Origin: Bacteroidia bacterium
GTDB lineage: Bacteria > Bacteroidota > Bacteroidia > M30B66
Assembly (NCBI GenBank): GCA_965279035.1
Contig: OZ257142.1
Coordinates: 3,008,001-3,072,000, forward strand
Length of the DNA stretch: 64,000 nt
Direction: 5' to 3'
The notes under the pieces were generated by a model. The model was not told where the DNA came from. It did not search any database and saw only the letters and a program-made list of their open reading frames with translations. Position 1 is the first letter of the stretch, and each line of letters begins with the position of its first letter. The position numbers and the translations under genes are program-made. Shown here one piece after another: positions 8,686 through 18,641 of this stretch.

Positions 8686-10853
8686 CCTACAGATGGCTTT
8701 AATTTATGTTCAAATCGCAGTATTCTCTTACCCAAATCAAGGATTTTATTCAAACTAATTAATTTGGGATAATAACTTGAGCGATTGAGAACAATCTCTA
8801 ATTTGAGTCCCTGTAAGGTTTCGCTAATCTCGTTTGCTTGATCAACTTCTGTAGCTTTTGAATTTAGTGAGTCGATAACCAAAATGGTGCTTGAACAAGC
8901 AGATAAAATCAAAAACGATCTTGCCTCATGATCGAGTGTTCCTGGATCACAAAGAACACAATCGTACTGATTCAATTCATCCGATTTCCAAGTTTGATCT
9001 TCGTTTAATAAATGATCAATGAAAGCAGCATCATACAATTTTTTTGAATTTGAGTAAATAGTATTTTCCTCTGCATAAATAACGAGGACTTTTTTACCCA
9101 TTATTTGAAGAGCTGTGGCAATTCGATCGGTTATGAATTCCTTTTGATTCCCTGTGCGAACAGCTGTTAAACAAAGTATTTTATCTTTTCCAAAATATTC
9201 GTTTAACCATAAAACGGATGCCCATTGAGAAAAGAATAATTGTTCACTCATTCTATTCTTGAAAAATGGTATTGATTTAATAAAAGGCAATAAAGTTCTT
9301 TTCTGAATAAATTCTTCATCACCAATTGGAAATCGAACTTTAAATAATATGATGGAAAGTAATGTTCCAAATAGAAATGTCAAAAATGCAGCTAAAGCTT
9401 TGAAAAGACTTGGACTTGGCGATGTAGGAGTTGTAGGAACTTCTCCAAAATCGATAATTCTATGAAAGGACATTTTTGCAGCACGCGCAATCTCAGCTTC
9501 CGTTTTTTTCTCATGAAGGAAACGAAAAATAGATTCATTCATTTGGTTGCTTCGTTCCAATCCACCTAATGTTCGTTCACGTGTTGGTAGACCTACAAAA
9601 GAAGCTTCTGCATCCGCAATTTCTTCTTCTAAACTGCTTAATTTTATTTGTGTATTTGTTTTAGTATTATTAATACTCTCTTTAATATATTCTATAAGAT
9701 CATGAATATTCTCATCGATAATTTTCACCTTTTCATGATCAGGAGTATATTTTATGAGCATTTCTTTTTTCTCTGCTCTATATGTTTTTATCTTCTTTAC
9801 TAATTCGGTAGAGAGCAGGTCGTTAAACGCTTCAAAGTTCGGAGCTAGTTCTAAAAAGCGATCATCACCTTGATGTATATAATGATTAAGTGTATCAATT
9901 GCTGCCAAATTCATTCGGATATTGACTTGTTGTTTTTTCAAATCAGAAATCTTCCGTAAATCGGTTTCTGTTTCCTGGCGGATATTGATGATATTCTTAG
10001 AATTTCGATAAAATTCAATATTATTTTCAGAGCTATCTAATTCGTGAGCATATTGCTTCAATTGCTTGTCTAGAAATGTAACTGTAGTATCAGCAGTTAA
10101 ATATTTCGTTTCTTCAAAATCGCGGATATAACAGCTTGCAACTAGATTTACAACATCGTGAGCTTTTTGAGGAACAGGCGATTTATAACTTAATCGAATA
10201 ACTGGAACGTCTTTATCCATCGCCAATACATCCAAATTACTTCGAATTTCGGACACTAAACGTGACTTAGATCTTAAAACAAAACGGTAATTATCATCGA
10301 CTTGCATGCTAGGGCGTTTCTTCAAAAGCTCCTCATTTTTTAGAATGAGAATTTCAGAATTACCAACAGTAAGAGATCGACCTAATTTGCATTTAAACTG
10401 CTTTTCACCAGGTGTTGTTAAACTGTAATCATTTCCATGAATAATTAATTGGAATGGTCGATCTAACAATGAAGAATCATTAATTACCGTGAAAATTTTC
10501 AAAGGTGATTGATCGTACAATTCAGTCGAATGAATATCACCTACACGATAAATAATATAGGATTCAGGAAGATTGGCAGCAACTTTTTCAAGAATTGAAT
10601 TCGATTTAATTAATTCGATTTCAGCCGAAATTTTATTTTCAGTGGCGAAGTAATCAATATCATCGTAAAGATGCGAACCCGTTGGTCCTTGCTGATTATC
10701 GGCTAATTTAATTCGAGCGGTACTTTCGTATACTGGTGTAACATAGGAAACATATTTACCTGCAAGCCAAATTCCCAAGAAAACTAAAACCAACGTGAAA
10801 GGAAGTCCTCTCAAGAATGGTCGTAATGTGGAATTCATTTCTTTCGAAAACAT
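8682..10853 (-). CDS. wzc: Wzc/GumC-like polysaccharide co-polymerase with degenerate BY-kinase domain
   Basis: N-terminal TM + PVYESTA, coiled-coil periplasmic region, PxxPxSP + second TM, then a cytoplasmic domain with altered Walker motifs. Confidence 0.85.
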   Translation of the reverse strand: MFSKEMNSTLRPFLRGLPFTLVLVFLGIWLAGKYVSYVTPVYESTARIKLADNQQGPTGSHLYDDIDYFATENKISAEIELIKSNSILEKVAANLPESYIIYRVGDIHSTELYDQSPLKIFTVINDSSLLDRPFQLIIHGNDYSLTTPGEKQFKCKLGRSLTVGNSEILILKNEELLKKRPSMQVDDNYRFVLRSKSRLVSEIRSNLDVLAMDKDVPVIRLSYKSPVPQKAHDVVNLVASCYIRDFEETKYLTADTTVTFLDKQLKQYAHELDSSENNIEFYRNSKNIINIRQETETDLRKISDLKKQQVNIRMNLAAIDTLNHYIHQGDDRFLELAPNFEAFNDLLSTELVKKIKTYRAEKKEMLIKYTPDHEKVKIIDENIHDLIEYIKESINNTKTNTQIKLSSLEEEIADAEASFVGLPTRERTLGGLERSNQMNESIFRFLHEKKTEAEIARAAKMSFHRIIDFGEVPTTPTSPSPSLFKALAAFLTFLFGTLLSIILFKVRFPIGDEEFIQKRTLLPFIKSIPFFKNRMSEQLFFSQWASVLWLNEYFGKDKILCLTAVRTGNQKEFITDRIATALQIMGKKVLVIYAEENTIYSNSKKLYDAAFIDHLLNEDQTWKSDELNQYDCVLCDPGTLDHEARSFLILSACSSTILVIDSLNSKATEVDQANEISETLQGLKLEIVLNRSSYYPKLISLNKILDLGKRILRFEHKLKPSVG

Positions 10854-10855
10854 GG

Positions 10856-11605
10856 CTATTTAAATAATTGTGTTAAAACAACAATGGTGGTTAAAACACT
10901 AGTAACAGTCATGATATTGGCCGAACGTTTATCCCAAACTTTTCCTTTACGCGATGGAACATAAATGATATCTCCCGGTTTTACCGAAAGTTTATTCAAA
11001 TAGGCTTGATCTGGATCAGTTAAATCGACAGTGAGGGCGCGCAACGTATCGTTAACTACACGTGCAATTTGAATATTCCGTTTATCCGCATAAAAATCGA
11101 AATCGCCCGCTCTAGCTAAGCACTCGGCGAGAGTGTTTTGTTCTTTCTCCAAATTCATAAATCCGGGATTTTTCATTTCTCCCAAAATTGAAATTTGACG
11201 ATTTAAAACACGTAATCGAATAACAGGATTTACGATTGATTTCGCATAAATTTTTGTCAAGGAATCTTCTGCTTGACTCACTGTCATTCCTGCAATGTGG
11301 ACTTGTCCAACACGTGGTAAAGCAGCATAACCATCAGGATCAATTAACACCCAACGACCATATACTTCGTTTGCATTGTAAATTCCATATACCGAACCCA
11401 AACTCAAATCATCATGTCCTTGAATACTCAAGTTGATTTTATCGTCGGATTTAAGAATGTGTTCGTTTGTTGATGCTTTGAAAAACGCAGAACTATCTGC
11501 TGATGATTTCACTTCCGGATAACGAAGATTTTGTGTCCTACATGATGGAAACATCATAAGAACAAACAAAAATAGTAGAATACTCAGGAAGGAAAGGTGT
11601 TTCAT
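10856..11605 (-). CDS. wza: Polysaccharide export lipoprotein (Wza/Poly_export + SLBB)
   Basis: Lipobox (FPSC); IDPDGYAALPRVGQVHIAGMT, ILGEMKNPG and PGDIIYVP motifs. Confidence 0.88.
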   Translation of the reverse strand: MKHLSFLSILLFLFVLMMFPSCRTQNLRYPEVKSSADSSAFFKASTNEHILKSDDKINLSIQGHDDLSLGSVYGIYNANEVYGRWVLIDPDGYAALPRVGQVHIAGMTVSQAEDSLTKIYAKSIVNPVIRLRVLNRQISILGEMKNPGFMNLEKEQNTLAECLARAGDFDFYADKRNIQIARVVNDTLRALTVDLTDPDQAYLNKLSVKPGDIIYVPSRKGKVWDKRSANIMTVTSVLTTIVVLTQLFK

Positions 11606-11607
11606 GC

Positions 11608-12060
11608 TTAAAACATTTTGGTAATAGAAGACAAAATGCCAGCAAAACTGCGCTTACGACGAAGTTGAATTTCTCTCAAGTAATTGTTCAAACGTGTAAT
11701 TACTTCTGTTAAATGATCAAGGTCATTATCGTCTTTTATGATATAGTCGAAAGCTCCGTATTTAAGAGCGTCCACAGCTGTTTTCATGTCTTTCTGAGCC
11801 GACAAATAAATCACAGGAATATCAGGATTCTGACGTTTAATTTTTTTCAATACTTCCAATCCATCAAAAGGCTGCATCGAATGGTCGATAATAACGGCAT
11901 CCGGTTCATCCATTAATTGATTTAAGAAATCCTGACTATCTTCAAATAAACGAACTTCTTTCACGCCAATATTGCGAATATGTCGCTCGTACATCGCAAG
12001 GCAATGAGGATCATCGTCGAGTAAAAAAATACTGTTCAGAATTTGCGTATTCGTTTTCAT
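11608..12060 (-). CDS. Receiver-only response regulator (NtrC-like REC, no output domain)
   Basis: LLDDD, IIDHSM (phospho-Asp), LSA and GAFDYIIK; 150 aa with only a short C-terminal helix. Confidence 0.88.
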   Translation of the reverse strand: MKTNTQILNSIFLLDDDPHCLAMYERHIRNIGVKEVRLFEDSQDFLNQLMDEPDAVIIDHSMQPFDGLEVLKKIKRQNPDIPVIYLSAQKDMKTAVDALKYGAFDYIIKDDNDLDHLTEVITRLNNYLREIQLRRKRSFAGILSSITKMF

Positions 12061-12179
12061 AAGATGGTATTTGTTGATGGTTGGTTAGATTTAAATCCAC
12101 TTGAAATAATAATGAACATAGTGAGATTCGGCTGTTGAGCTGTTGCTTTTAATTCGAATAAATCAACGAATGTGTCCAT
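12057..12179 (-). CDS. Possible 40-aa leader ORF translationally coupled to the response regulator
   Basis: Manual translation MDTFVDLFELKATAQQPNLTMFIIISSGFKSNQPSTNTIL*; its TGA overlaps the regulator ATG (ATGA). Confidence 0.3.
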   Translation of the reverse strand: MDTFVDLFELKATAQQPNLTMFIIISSGFKSNQPSTNTIL

Positions 12180-12365
12180 GATTAATTAGGGAATCTTGTT
12201 GAGTGTTTACGCCTAAGTAGTATGTGAGTTACTCGCTATGTAAGTTCAAAATAGAAACAAGGTTAAATTTGAACACCCTCTAATCTTCTGTAAAATAACT
12301 TTATTACAACTATCTGATATTCAAATTATAATAAGATAAAATAATTAGAATTTGTAGATATTAAA

Positions 12366-12437
12366 ATTTCCGTTTTTCGGAAATGCATGGTAAGTTTTAA
12401 CGTGATTGTGGGGAAATAAATTCCGTTTTCCGGAAAT
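12366..12437. promoter_or_regulatory. Two palindromic operator sites (TTCCG-N5-CGGAA) 53 bp apart, upstream of the polysaccharide operon
   Basis: ATTTCCGTTTTTCGGAAAT at 12366-12384 and AATTCCGTTTTCCGGAAAT at 12419-12437. Confidence 0.7.
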
Positions 12438-12499
12438 ACCCATCCATTATAAAAACTTTGAGGGTTGAGTGTTGCAGGCTTTCCTAATTTGAAGAACGT

Positions 12500-15400
12500 T
12501 TAAAAATTCTCATCTAAATACGTCTTCTCAGTCCCTGGTAAGGTTTTTAGAATTTCCCATCCACCATTTTTATTCTGCTTTTCAATTACATAAAATCCAA
12601 CTCCGTTTGGCCCCCAGCTTTGATATGGTGTCCAGAATAATTGATTATATACTTCATTATATGCTTCCACTTTTAATACAACATTATCACCCTCTACACC
12701 AGCGCCTGCTTCAACTTTACAAATGTTGCGTGCAAAAACCTGATATTGATATTTGGTTTCATTCACTTCCACTTGTTCATCCATGTAATAGGTTTGATCA
12801 ACCGGCAATTCTGCCAATAATACATACGGTTCTCCTTCAGCAGCGCGGTAAATTCCATATCCAGTAATTTTATCTAAAAGCGTATCAGGTGGTGCCCATT
12901 CCGTTAAAATCATCGAATTGTTTACCACTGTTGATCGTCCAATATTGACGTACTGGTTGATAAATGGATTTGATATTACTGCTGGCAAATCATAATCGGA
13001 TGAAGATTCTAAGTGGAGAATTCCATCCAGCTCTTGAGCTAAAACTTCATATTTGTATTGCACAGGACAAACCACCGAACTATCAACAAAATGGGTTGTT
13101 AAACCATCAACTGAACCTACGTTCAATAATGTACCAGTTCCAATTTCAGTTCTCAAAACGATATAGCTGTGTGGAAGTCGTCCTACATAAGGCGTCCAAT
13201 TCACATCAATGAGATTATTGAGTTGAGTGATTGCTTGTATATTGATCGTGCAGTGTTCTTGCAAGCTGTCGATATTTACTTTTCTACCACAGATATCAAC
13301 CGCTTCAACCTTATAACAATACACCGAATCCTGCGTGTTTACTTGGGTATCGTAAAAGCTTAATTGATGCGAATCATTGATAGTTGTAATTAATGAGTAG
13401 GTAGAAATACCGGAACTTCTTCGTAAAATGTTGTAATGAGAAAAATGTTCAGCAAAATTTTCAATCCATTCTATGATAATGGAATCAAGTCCTTCAACAG
13501 AAACGCGAAGTATTGGACTGATTGGTGGAGGAATGCTATCGAAAACTTCAACCGCCGATGGATAAGTGATCGAATCAGTACATCCATTTAAATTTTGAAC
13601 ATAAAGCGAAACATCATAAAATCCAGGATTTCCAAACGAATAGGTTGAATCGGGATTGGTAAATGTTGCTGTATCGTTAAAGACTAGTTCGTAGCTAGGA
13701 GAAAGCAAACTTGAACTGGTATTTTCAAATTCAACCAATAATGGTAAACAACCAGTGCCTTGCATGATAGATAAAGAAGCATCAGGAACGAGCAAAGCAT
13801 CCACCGAATCAACACGAAGTGTATCATAGCAACCCAATGAATTTTGAGTAACCAATTCGATATAATATTCACCCGCAGAGAAATAGGTATGTGAAGGAGT
13901 TGAATCGTTTAAGAATGCTGATCCATCGCCGAAATTCCAAGAATAATTTACTGCATCAGAAGTGAGATTATGAACGATTGGACTAAAAGGAGTACAACCA
14001 CTATCCGATTCTAGTGTGAATTGAGCATTTGGACGTTCGTATACTTGAAAAGGAATTGTGCTCGAATTGAAAGCAGAACAACCTACTGTATCGCGAGAGA
14101 ACAAGGTAATTACGTATGAACCCGGTTCGTCGTATAAGAATACCGGATTTTGATCAGTGCTCGACGTTCCTTCACCAAAGTTCCACTCCCACTCTACTGC
14201 ATTGAGCGATTGATCTTCAAACTGAAGTGGAACACCAACACATCCCGAGGCATTGGAAATTGTAAAGGAAGTTGCAGGTCCTAAAACTGTGATATAATCA
14301 GGACGAACAATGGTATCGGAACAACCAAATGCAGAAGTGACAATTAATTGAATAGAATAAATTCCTGGTGAATCGTAAAGTTTAACTGGATTTTGAAGCG
14401 AGGAACCACTATTGTCACCAAAATCCCAATCCCAAGAAACGGCAGTACCTGTACTATCATAAAATTCAACAATAGAAGGAGCACATGCAGCTGGTGAAGG
14501 TGAAACAAAATTGGCATGTATACTACTCACCCGAATAGGTGCAACCCAAGACGTATCCGAACAACCCGAAGGCGTAATTCCGACAACATAGGGACTGAAA
14601 AGTCCATCTTGTAAATAGGTATATGAAAATGCGGAGTCGGTAAAAATAGCTCCATCTCCGGTGTGCCATTCAAATTGTCCCTGCAAATTACTTTGTGCAA
14701 AAAACGAAACGGGCAATGGATTACATGAGCCAATATATGTTGCTGTTTGTTGAAGATGATAGATTAATACTCCCGGTTTAACAATCGAATCGGTACAACC
14801 AAAAGGAGTTGTAATGGTTAGTTTAACCGAATCGGCGGGTTCTTGAGAAAAGGTGATGAGCGGATTTTGTTCGGTAGATGTAATTCCGTTTCCAAAATCC
14901 CAAAACCAGGATTGAGCTTCTAAACTTGAATCGGAAAACTGAGCAATAGCAGGTAAACAGTTTTGATCTTGTGTAAAGCTAAAATCGGGATAGGCATTGT
15001 ACACGTGAATAGGATCGAAAAGAAGTGTGTCTTTACATGTTGTTATCCATGTTGTTGTAGCAATCATCATTAATCCACTGTATGTTCCAGTATCGGCATA
15101 CGCCAAATTCAATGTATCAGAATTGGTGAGGAAAGTAAGATTATCGTAATAATTCACATACGTTAAAGGAGCGGGAGAAATGATCTGTACTTCATGAGGA
15201 GCACAACCATCCCAATTCCCATTGATAATTACATCCAATTTGGGAGTTGCATAAACAATGTGTTGTGTGAGTGTATTATTATAAACACAACCATCCGAAG
15301 TCGTAATTTGAAGATGAATGGTATACGAACCTGTTGAATCATATTGATAAACTGGCTCAGCTAAATTCGAAGTTCCTCCATCACCAAACTGCCAGAAAAA

Positions 15401-18310
15401 CGATAATCCATTGGTGTTTGCCAATTGTTCAAAATGCACCGAATCGCGACAAACTGTTGTTGGATAGGAAACAAAAGGCATTGGTTTATTCATCAAAATA
15501 TTCTGATTCGAAATGGATGAACAACCCAAAGTATCGGTCACGATAACTCGAATATTAATTCCTGAATTCGTGAGCGGTGTTTGGTAATTTACTTGAACGC
15601 CATTGTATGGATTGCTAGTTCCAAAAACCCATTGAACTTGATCGAATAATGCAGCATTTGCTAAATCTGTAGCTATGAAAAACGTTGTACAATTATTACT
15701 AGTAGTTAGTAACATTTCGGCCGTATAACCGCCAATATTAATGCTTTGCGGATACGTTATTGTTTGAATTCCAAAAGGTGTATTTGCAGTATAGGAAACA
15801 TTATAAATACCCGGTGTTGTATACACTTTTAGTGGATTGGTATCCGTTGAAGTGGTTCCATCTCCAAAATTCCATTGAATTATTTGATGCGTTGGTGATT
15901 GACGGAAAAACGAAATTCCTGCAGGAGCACAAGAAATAAATGGTGTAGAAGGAATGGTGGTTGATGTTGGATTACTTCCACCACTTCCATTATTTCCTCC
16001 GTTTGGTAATGCAAAAGGATTACCTGTTACCGTGAGAGTACAACCATTAGCTATAACAGTTAATGTTGCAACGTAATTTCCAGCCGTTTGATATATATGA
16101 ATTGGGTTTGATTGTGTGGAAGTTGTTCCATCACCAAAATCCCAAAGCCAAGATGTAATTCCTCCTATTCCGGGAGTAAATGAAACCGGAGTTGGGAACG
16201 GATCAGCTGGATCGTATGAAGTTGAAAAAGAAGGATTGAATTCGGTAAATGTAACCGCATTAAATCCAACAAATGTTCGTTCGCAACCTGCAGCAGTGGT
16301 AATGGTTAAACCAACATGATAATTATTGGTTGTTGGATAATTATGTGTCGGATTGTGTTGTGTTGAAGTAGTACCATCACCAAAATCCCAAAGCCATGAA
16401 ACAGCATCCGAAATGGTATCAGAAAAATGAACCGTATGAGGTGGACATGGATCAACTATAACCTGGAATTCTGGAATAATTCCTTCAACCGTAATTTGCT
16501 GATAAATAGGATAAGATAATCCACAAATGCTTCCATCGCTCACTTGGAGTGAAACGGTATAATTTCCAGGTGATGTATATGTATGAGATGGTGCAGCTAA
16601 GTTCGAAGTAGTTCCATCACCAAAATCCCAAGCAAAAGAAGTGATATTGGGATCGTTAATTCCGAAAGACGTTGTAAATGGCGAGCAGCCTGAAATAGGC
16701 GGCGGTGTTGGATAATTTGCTAGTTGTGCCGTTACATTTACTCCTCCCGGAAAATCTAAAGTATCGGAACATCCTCCAGAACCATAAGCAATTAAACGTA
16801 CTTGATATTGTCCAAATGTGGTATAAATATGCGATGGCAATGAATCCGTTGAAGTTGTTCCATCACCAAAATCCCATAAATAGGAAATGGCATTGAGCGT
16901 CGTATTGGTAAACTGAACATTCAATGGAGGACAACCTGTGGTGTTGCTCATTGTTGCAAAAATCTCAGGAGCTGTAACAATTACATTCGAAACCGTAGTT
17001 GTTCTCCAGCAACCAAATTGATTGTAGGCTTTTAAGGTGATTGTATAAACTCCCGGTTGTGTATAGGAATAGATGGGAGTTGGATCGAAGGAATATCCTC
17101 CATCACCAAACGTCCAAAAATAATTAGTAGCACCAACTGAAGTATTGGTCAATTGCACCGCTAAGGGCGCACATCCAACTGTATTGGTTGCTGTAAATGC
17201 TGCAGTTGGTTTGGGATTCACATGAACAACTGCTGGTGCTGGTAAAGAATAGGTACAGCCGTTAGGCATAACCACAGTCAATGTAATGTCATAAGCTCCT
17301 GCTGGAAAATACGTAAGCGCAAACGTTGGCGTTGTTGCCGATTGTCCATCACTCGAATGCCACGAATACGAAGTAGCTCCCACAACCTGCGAACTCAATG
17401 TGGTTGCAAAAGGTAAACATCCACTTAAATTTCCAGAAATAATGGGTGTATTATCCGGAAAAACGGTTGCAACATTGGGAATAGTCACCGAATCGGCACA
17501 TCCAAAAGCATTGGTCATTTTCAATTCAACCGAAAAAACTCCTGAATTAGCAAATACATGATCTGGGTTGATATCACTACTAAAAAGTCCATCTCCAAAA
17601 TCCCATGTATACGTGTCATTTGTTACTGAGCCTGAAGTGAAATGAAAGTTTTGTTGAAGATCACAGGTGGAAGTGATATCGACCGAATAACTAGCATGTG
17701 GCGTTGCAATAACCTGTACGGGTTGTGGTAAATTTACTACCGTTTGACAACCATTCACGTTTGTTGCAAGCAAACTCACATTGTAAGTCCCTGTGTTATT
17801 GTAGGTTTTAATTGGATTTAGAAGTGAAGAAGTTGAACCATCACCAAAATCCCAGTTAAGGTTAGTTGCATCAGGAGAAACACAGGCAAATTGAAAACTG
17901 GTGAAATTATCGCAGCCATTGTAGGTGTTTACCGAAATGGCTAATTGAGGTCCCGGAGTAGCGGTAATGTAATTTGCAAGTGTTGTTGTATCACGAGAGC
18001 CATTAGCAGCAATGGCAATCAACCGAACAGTGTATGTTCCCGGTTGGATGTAAACATTCTGAGGATTAACAAGTGTGGAGAAATTTCCATTCCCAAAATC
18101 CCATTGATAAGAAACAGCATTGGTGGAAGTATTCGTAAAATTAACACTCAATGGAGCACAACCCGAAACGCTTGGTGTACTAAAACTAGCAATCGGAGTT
18201 TGTGCAGCTAGTCGAACCGAAATACACAGCAGCAGCATGAACAGGCGAATGCCTATTCTTCCCGGAAGCCCTTTAAGCGACTTCTTCATTTTCGGGTTGC
18301 TGTTTTTCAC
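12500..18310 (-). CDS. Large secreted PKD-repeat protein (~19 PKD + C-terminal Fn3-like domains), putative adhesin
   Basis: Signal peptide (..LAAQ), about 17 clear and 2 degenerate W[DN]FGDG-type PKD repeats, then Fn3-like repeats (WxP...YxIxR...YxD...YxY). Confidence 0.9.
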   Translation of the reverse strand: MKNSNPKMKKSLKGLPGRIGIRLFMLLLCISVRLAAQTPIASFSTPSVSGCAPLSVNFTNTSTNAVSYQWDFGNGNFSTLVNPQNVYIQPGTYTVRLIAIAANGSRDTTTLANYITATPGPQLAISVNTYNGCDNFTSFQFACVSPDATNLNWDFGDGSTSSLLNPIKTYNNTGTYNVSLLATNVNGCQTVVNLPQPVQVIATPHASYSVDITSTCDLQQNFHFTSGSVTNDTYTWDFGDGLFSSDINPDHVFANSGVFSVELKMTNAFGCADSVTIPNVATVFPDNTPIISGNLSGCLPFATTLSSQVVGATSYSWHSSDGQSATTPTFALTYFPAGAYDITLTVVMPNGCTYSLPAPAVVHVNPKPTAAFTATNTVGCAPLAVQLTNTSVGATNYFWTFGDGGYSFDPTPIYSYTQPGVYTITLKAYNQFGCWRTTTVSNVIVTAPEIFATMSNTTGCPPLNVQFTNTTLNAISYLWDFGDGTTSTDSLPSHIYTTFGQYQVRLIAYGSGGCSDTLDFPGGVNVTAQLANYPTPPPISGCSPFTTSFGINDPNITSFAWDFGDGTTSNLAAPSHTYTSPGNYTVSLQVSDGSICGLSYPIYQQITVEGIIPEFQVIVDPCPPHTVHFSDTISDAVSWLWDFGDGTTSTQHNPTHNYPTTNNYHVGLTITTAAGCERTFVGFNAVTFTEFNPSFSTSYDPADPFPTPVSFTPGIGGITSWLWDFGDGTTSTQSNPIHIYQTAGNYVATLTVIANGCTLTVTGNPFALPNGGNNGSGGSNPTSTTIPSTPFISCAPAGISFFRQSPTHQIIQWNFGDGTTSTDTNPLKVYTTPGIYNVSYTANTPFGIQTITYPQSINIGGYTAEMLLTTSNNCTTFFIATDLANAALFDQVQWVFGTSNPYNGVQVNYQTPLTNSGINIRVIVTDTLGCSSISNQNILMNKPMPFVSYPTTVCRDSVHFEQLANTNGLSFFWQFGDGGTSNLAEPVYQYDSTGSYTIHLQITTSDGCVYNNTLTQHIVYATPKLDVIINGNWDGCAPHEVQIISPAPLTYVNYYDNLTFLTNSDTLNLAYADTGTYSGLMMIATTTWITTCKDTLLFDPIHVYNAYPDFSFTQDQNCLPAIAQFSDSSLEAQSWFWDFGNGITSTEQNPLITFSQEPADSVKLTITTPFGCTDSIVKPGVLIYHLQQTATYIGSCNPLPVSFFAQSNLQGQFEWHTGDGAIFTDSAFSYTYLQDGLFSPYVVGITPSGCSDTSWVAPIRVSSIHANFVSPSPAACAPSIVEFYDSTGTAVSWDWDFGDNSGSSLQNPVKLYDSPGIYSIQLIVTSAFGCSDTIVRPDYITVLGPATSFTISNASGCVGVPLQFEDQSLNAVEWEWNFGEGTSSTDQNPVFLYDEPGSYVITLFSRDTVGCSAFNSSTIPFQVYERPNAQFTLESDSGCTPFSPIVHNLTSDAVNYSWNFGDGSAFLNDSTPSHTYFSAGEYYIELVTQNSLGCYDTLRVDSVDALLVPDASLSIMQGTGCLPLLVEFENTSSSLLSPSYELVFNDTATFTNPDSTYSFGNPGFYDVSLYVQNLNGCTDSITYPSAVEVFDSIPPPISPILRVSVEGLDSIIIEWIENFAEHFSHYNILRRSSGISTYSLITTINDSHQLSFYDTQVNTQDSVYCYKVEAVDICGRKVNIDSLQEHCTINIQAITQLNNLIDVNWTPYVGRLPHSYIVLRTEIGTGTLLNVGSVDGLTTHFVDSSVVCPVQYKYEVLAQELDGILHLESSSDYDLPAVISNPFINQYVNIGRSTVVNNSMILTEWAPPDTLLDKITGYGIYRAAEGEPYVLLAELPVDQTYYMDEQVEVNETKYQYQVFARNICKVEAGAGVEGDNVVLKVEAYNEVYNQLFWTPYQSWGPNGVGFYVIEKQNKNGGWEILKTLPGTEKTYLDENF

Positions 18311-18641
18311 GCGTGTATATATATTTTGAATAACACAATCTTATACACTAGAATGACAGACTTGTTTCTACATATTCTGAGTTTCCTTACGCTAATTTAC
18401 ACTATGAAAAAATAAATTAATCTATTTTAACATGCTGACATTGTTTACATTACAATAATATCAAACAAGTATTTTCACTAATTTATATTGAAACTAACAA
18501 GGCATTTTGAGAATATGAAAATTGAATTTGAAAATTCCTATTTCACCTGTAAACTGAATGATTCTCACAAAAAATTCATTGCTTTACAGAAAGGCAAAAT
18601 GTCTTCAAGAATCATCCATTTATTCAATATAGTTCGATGTT

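Noticed and set aside
12230-12290. Canonical sigma54 promoter or invertible promoter for the EPS operon
   Set aside because: There is no GG-N10-GC match. The GTTCAAA/TTTGAAC inverted repeat is only 7 bp, with too short an interior for a Bacteroides-type invertible promoter.
12500-18310. Recurring DNA motif catcaccaaaatccca resembling a repeat array or CRISPR
   Set aside because: It encodes the WDFGDG motif of the PKD domains; spacing is ~250 bp and in frame.
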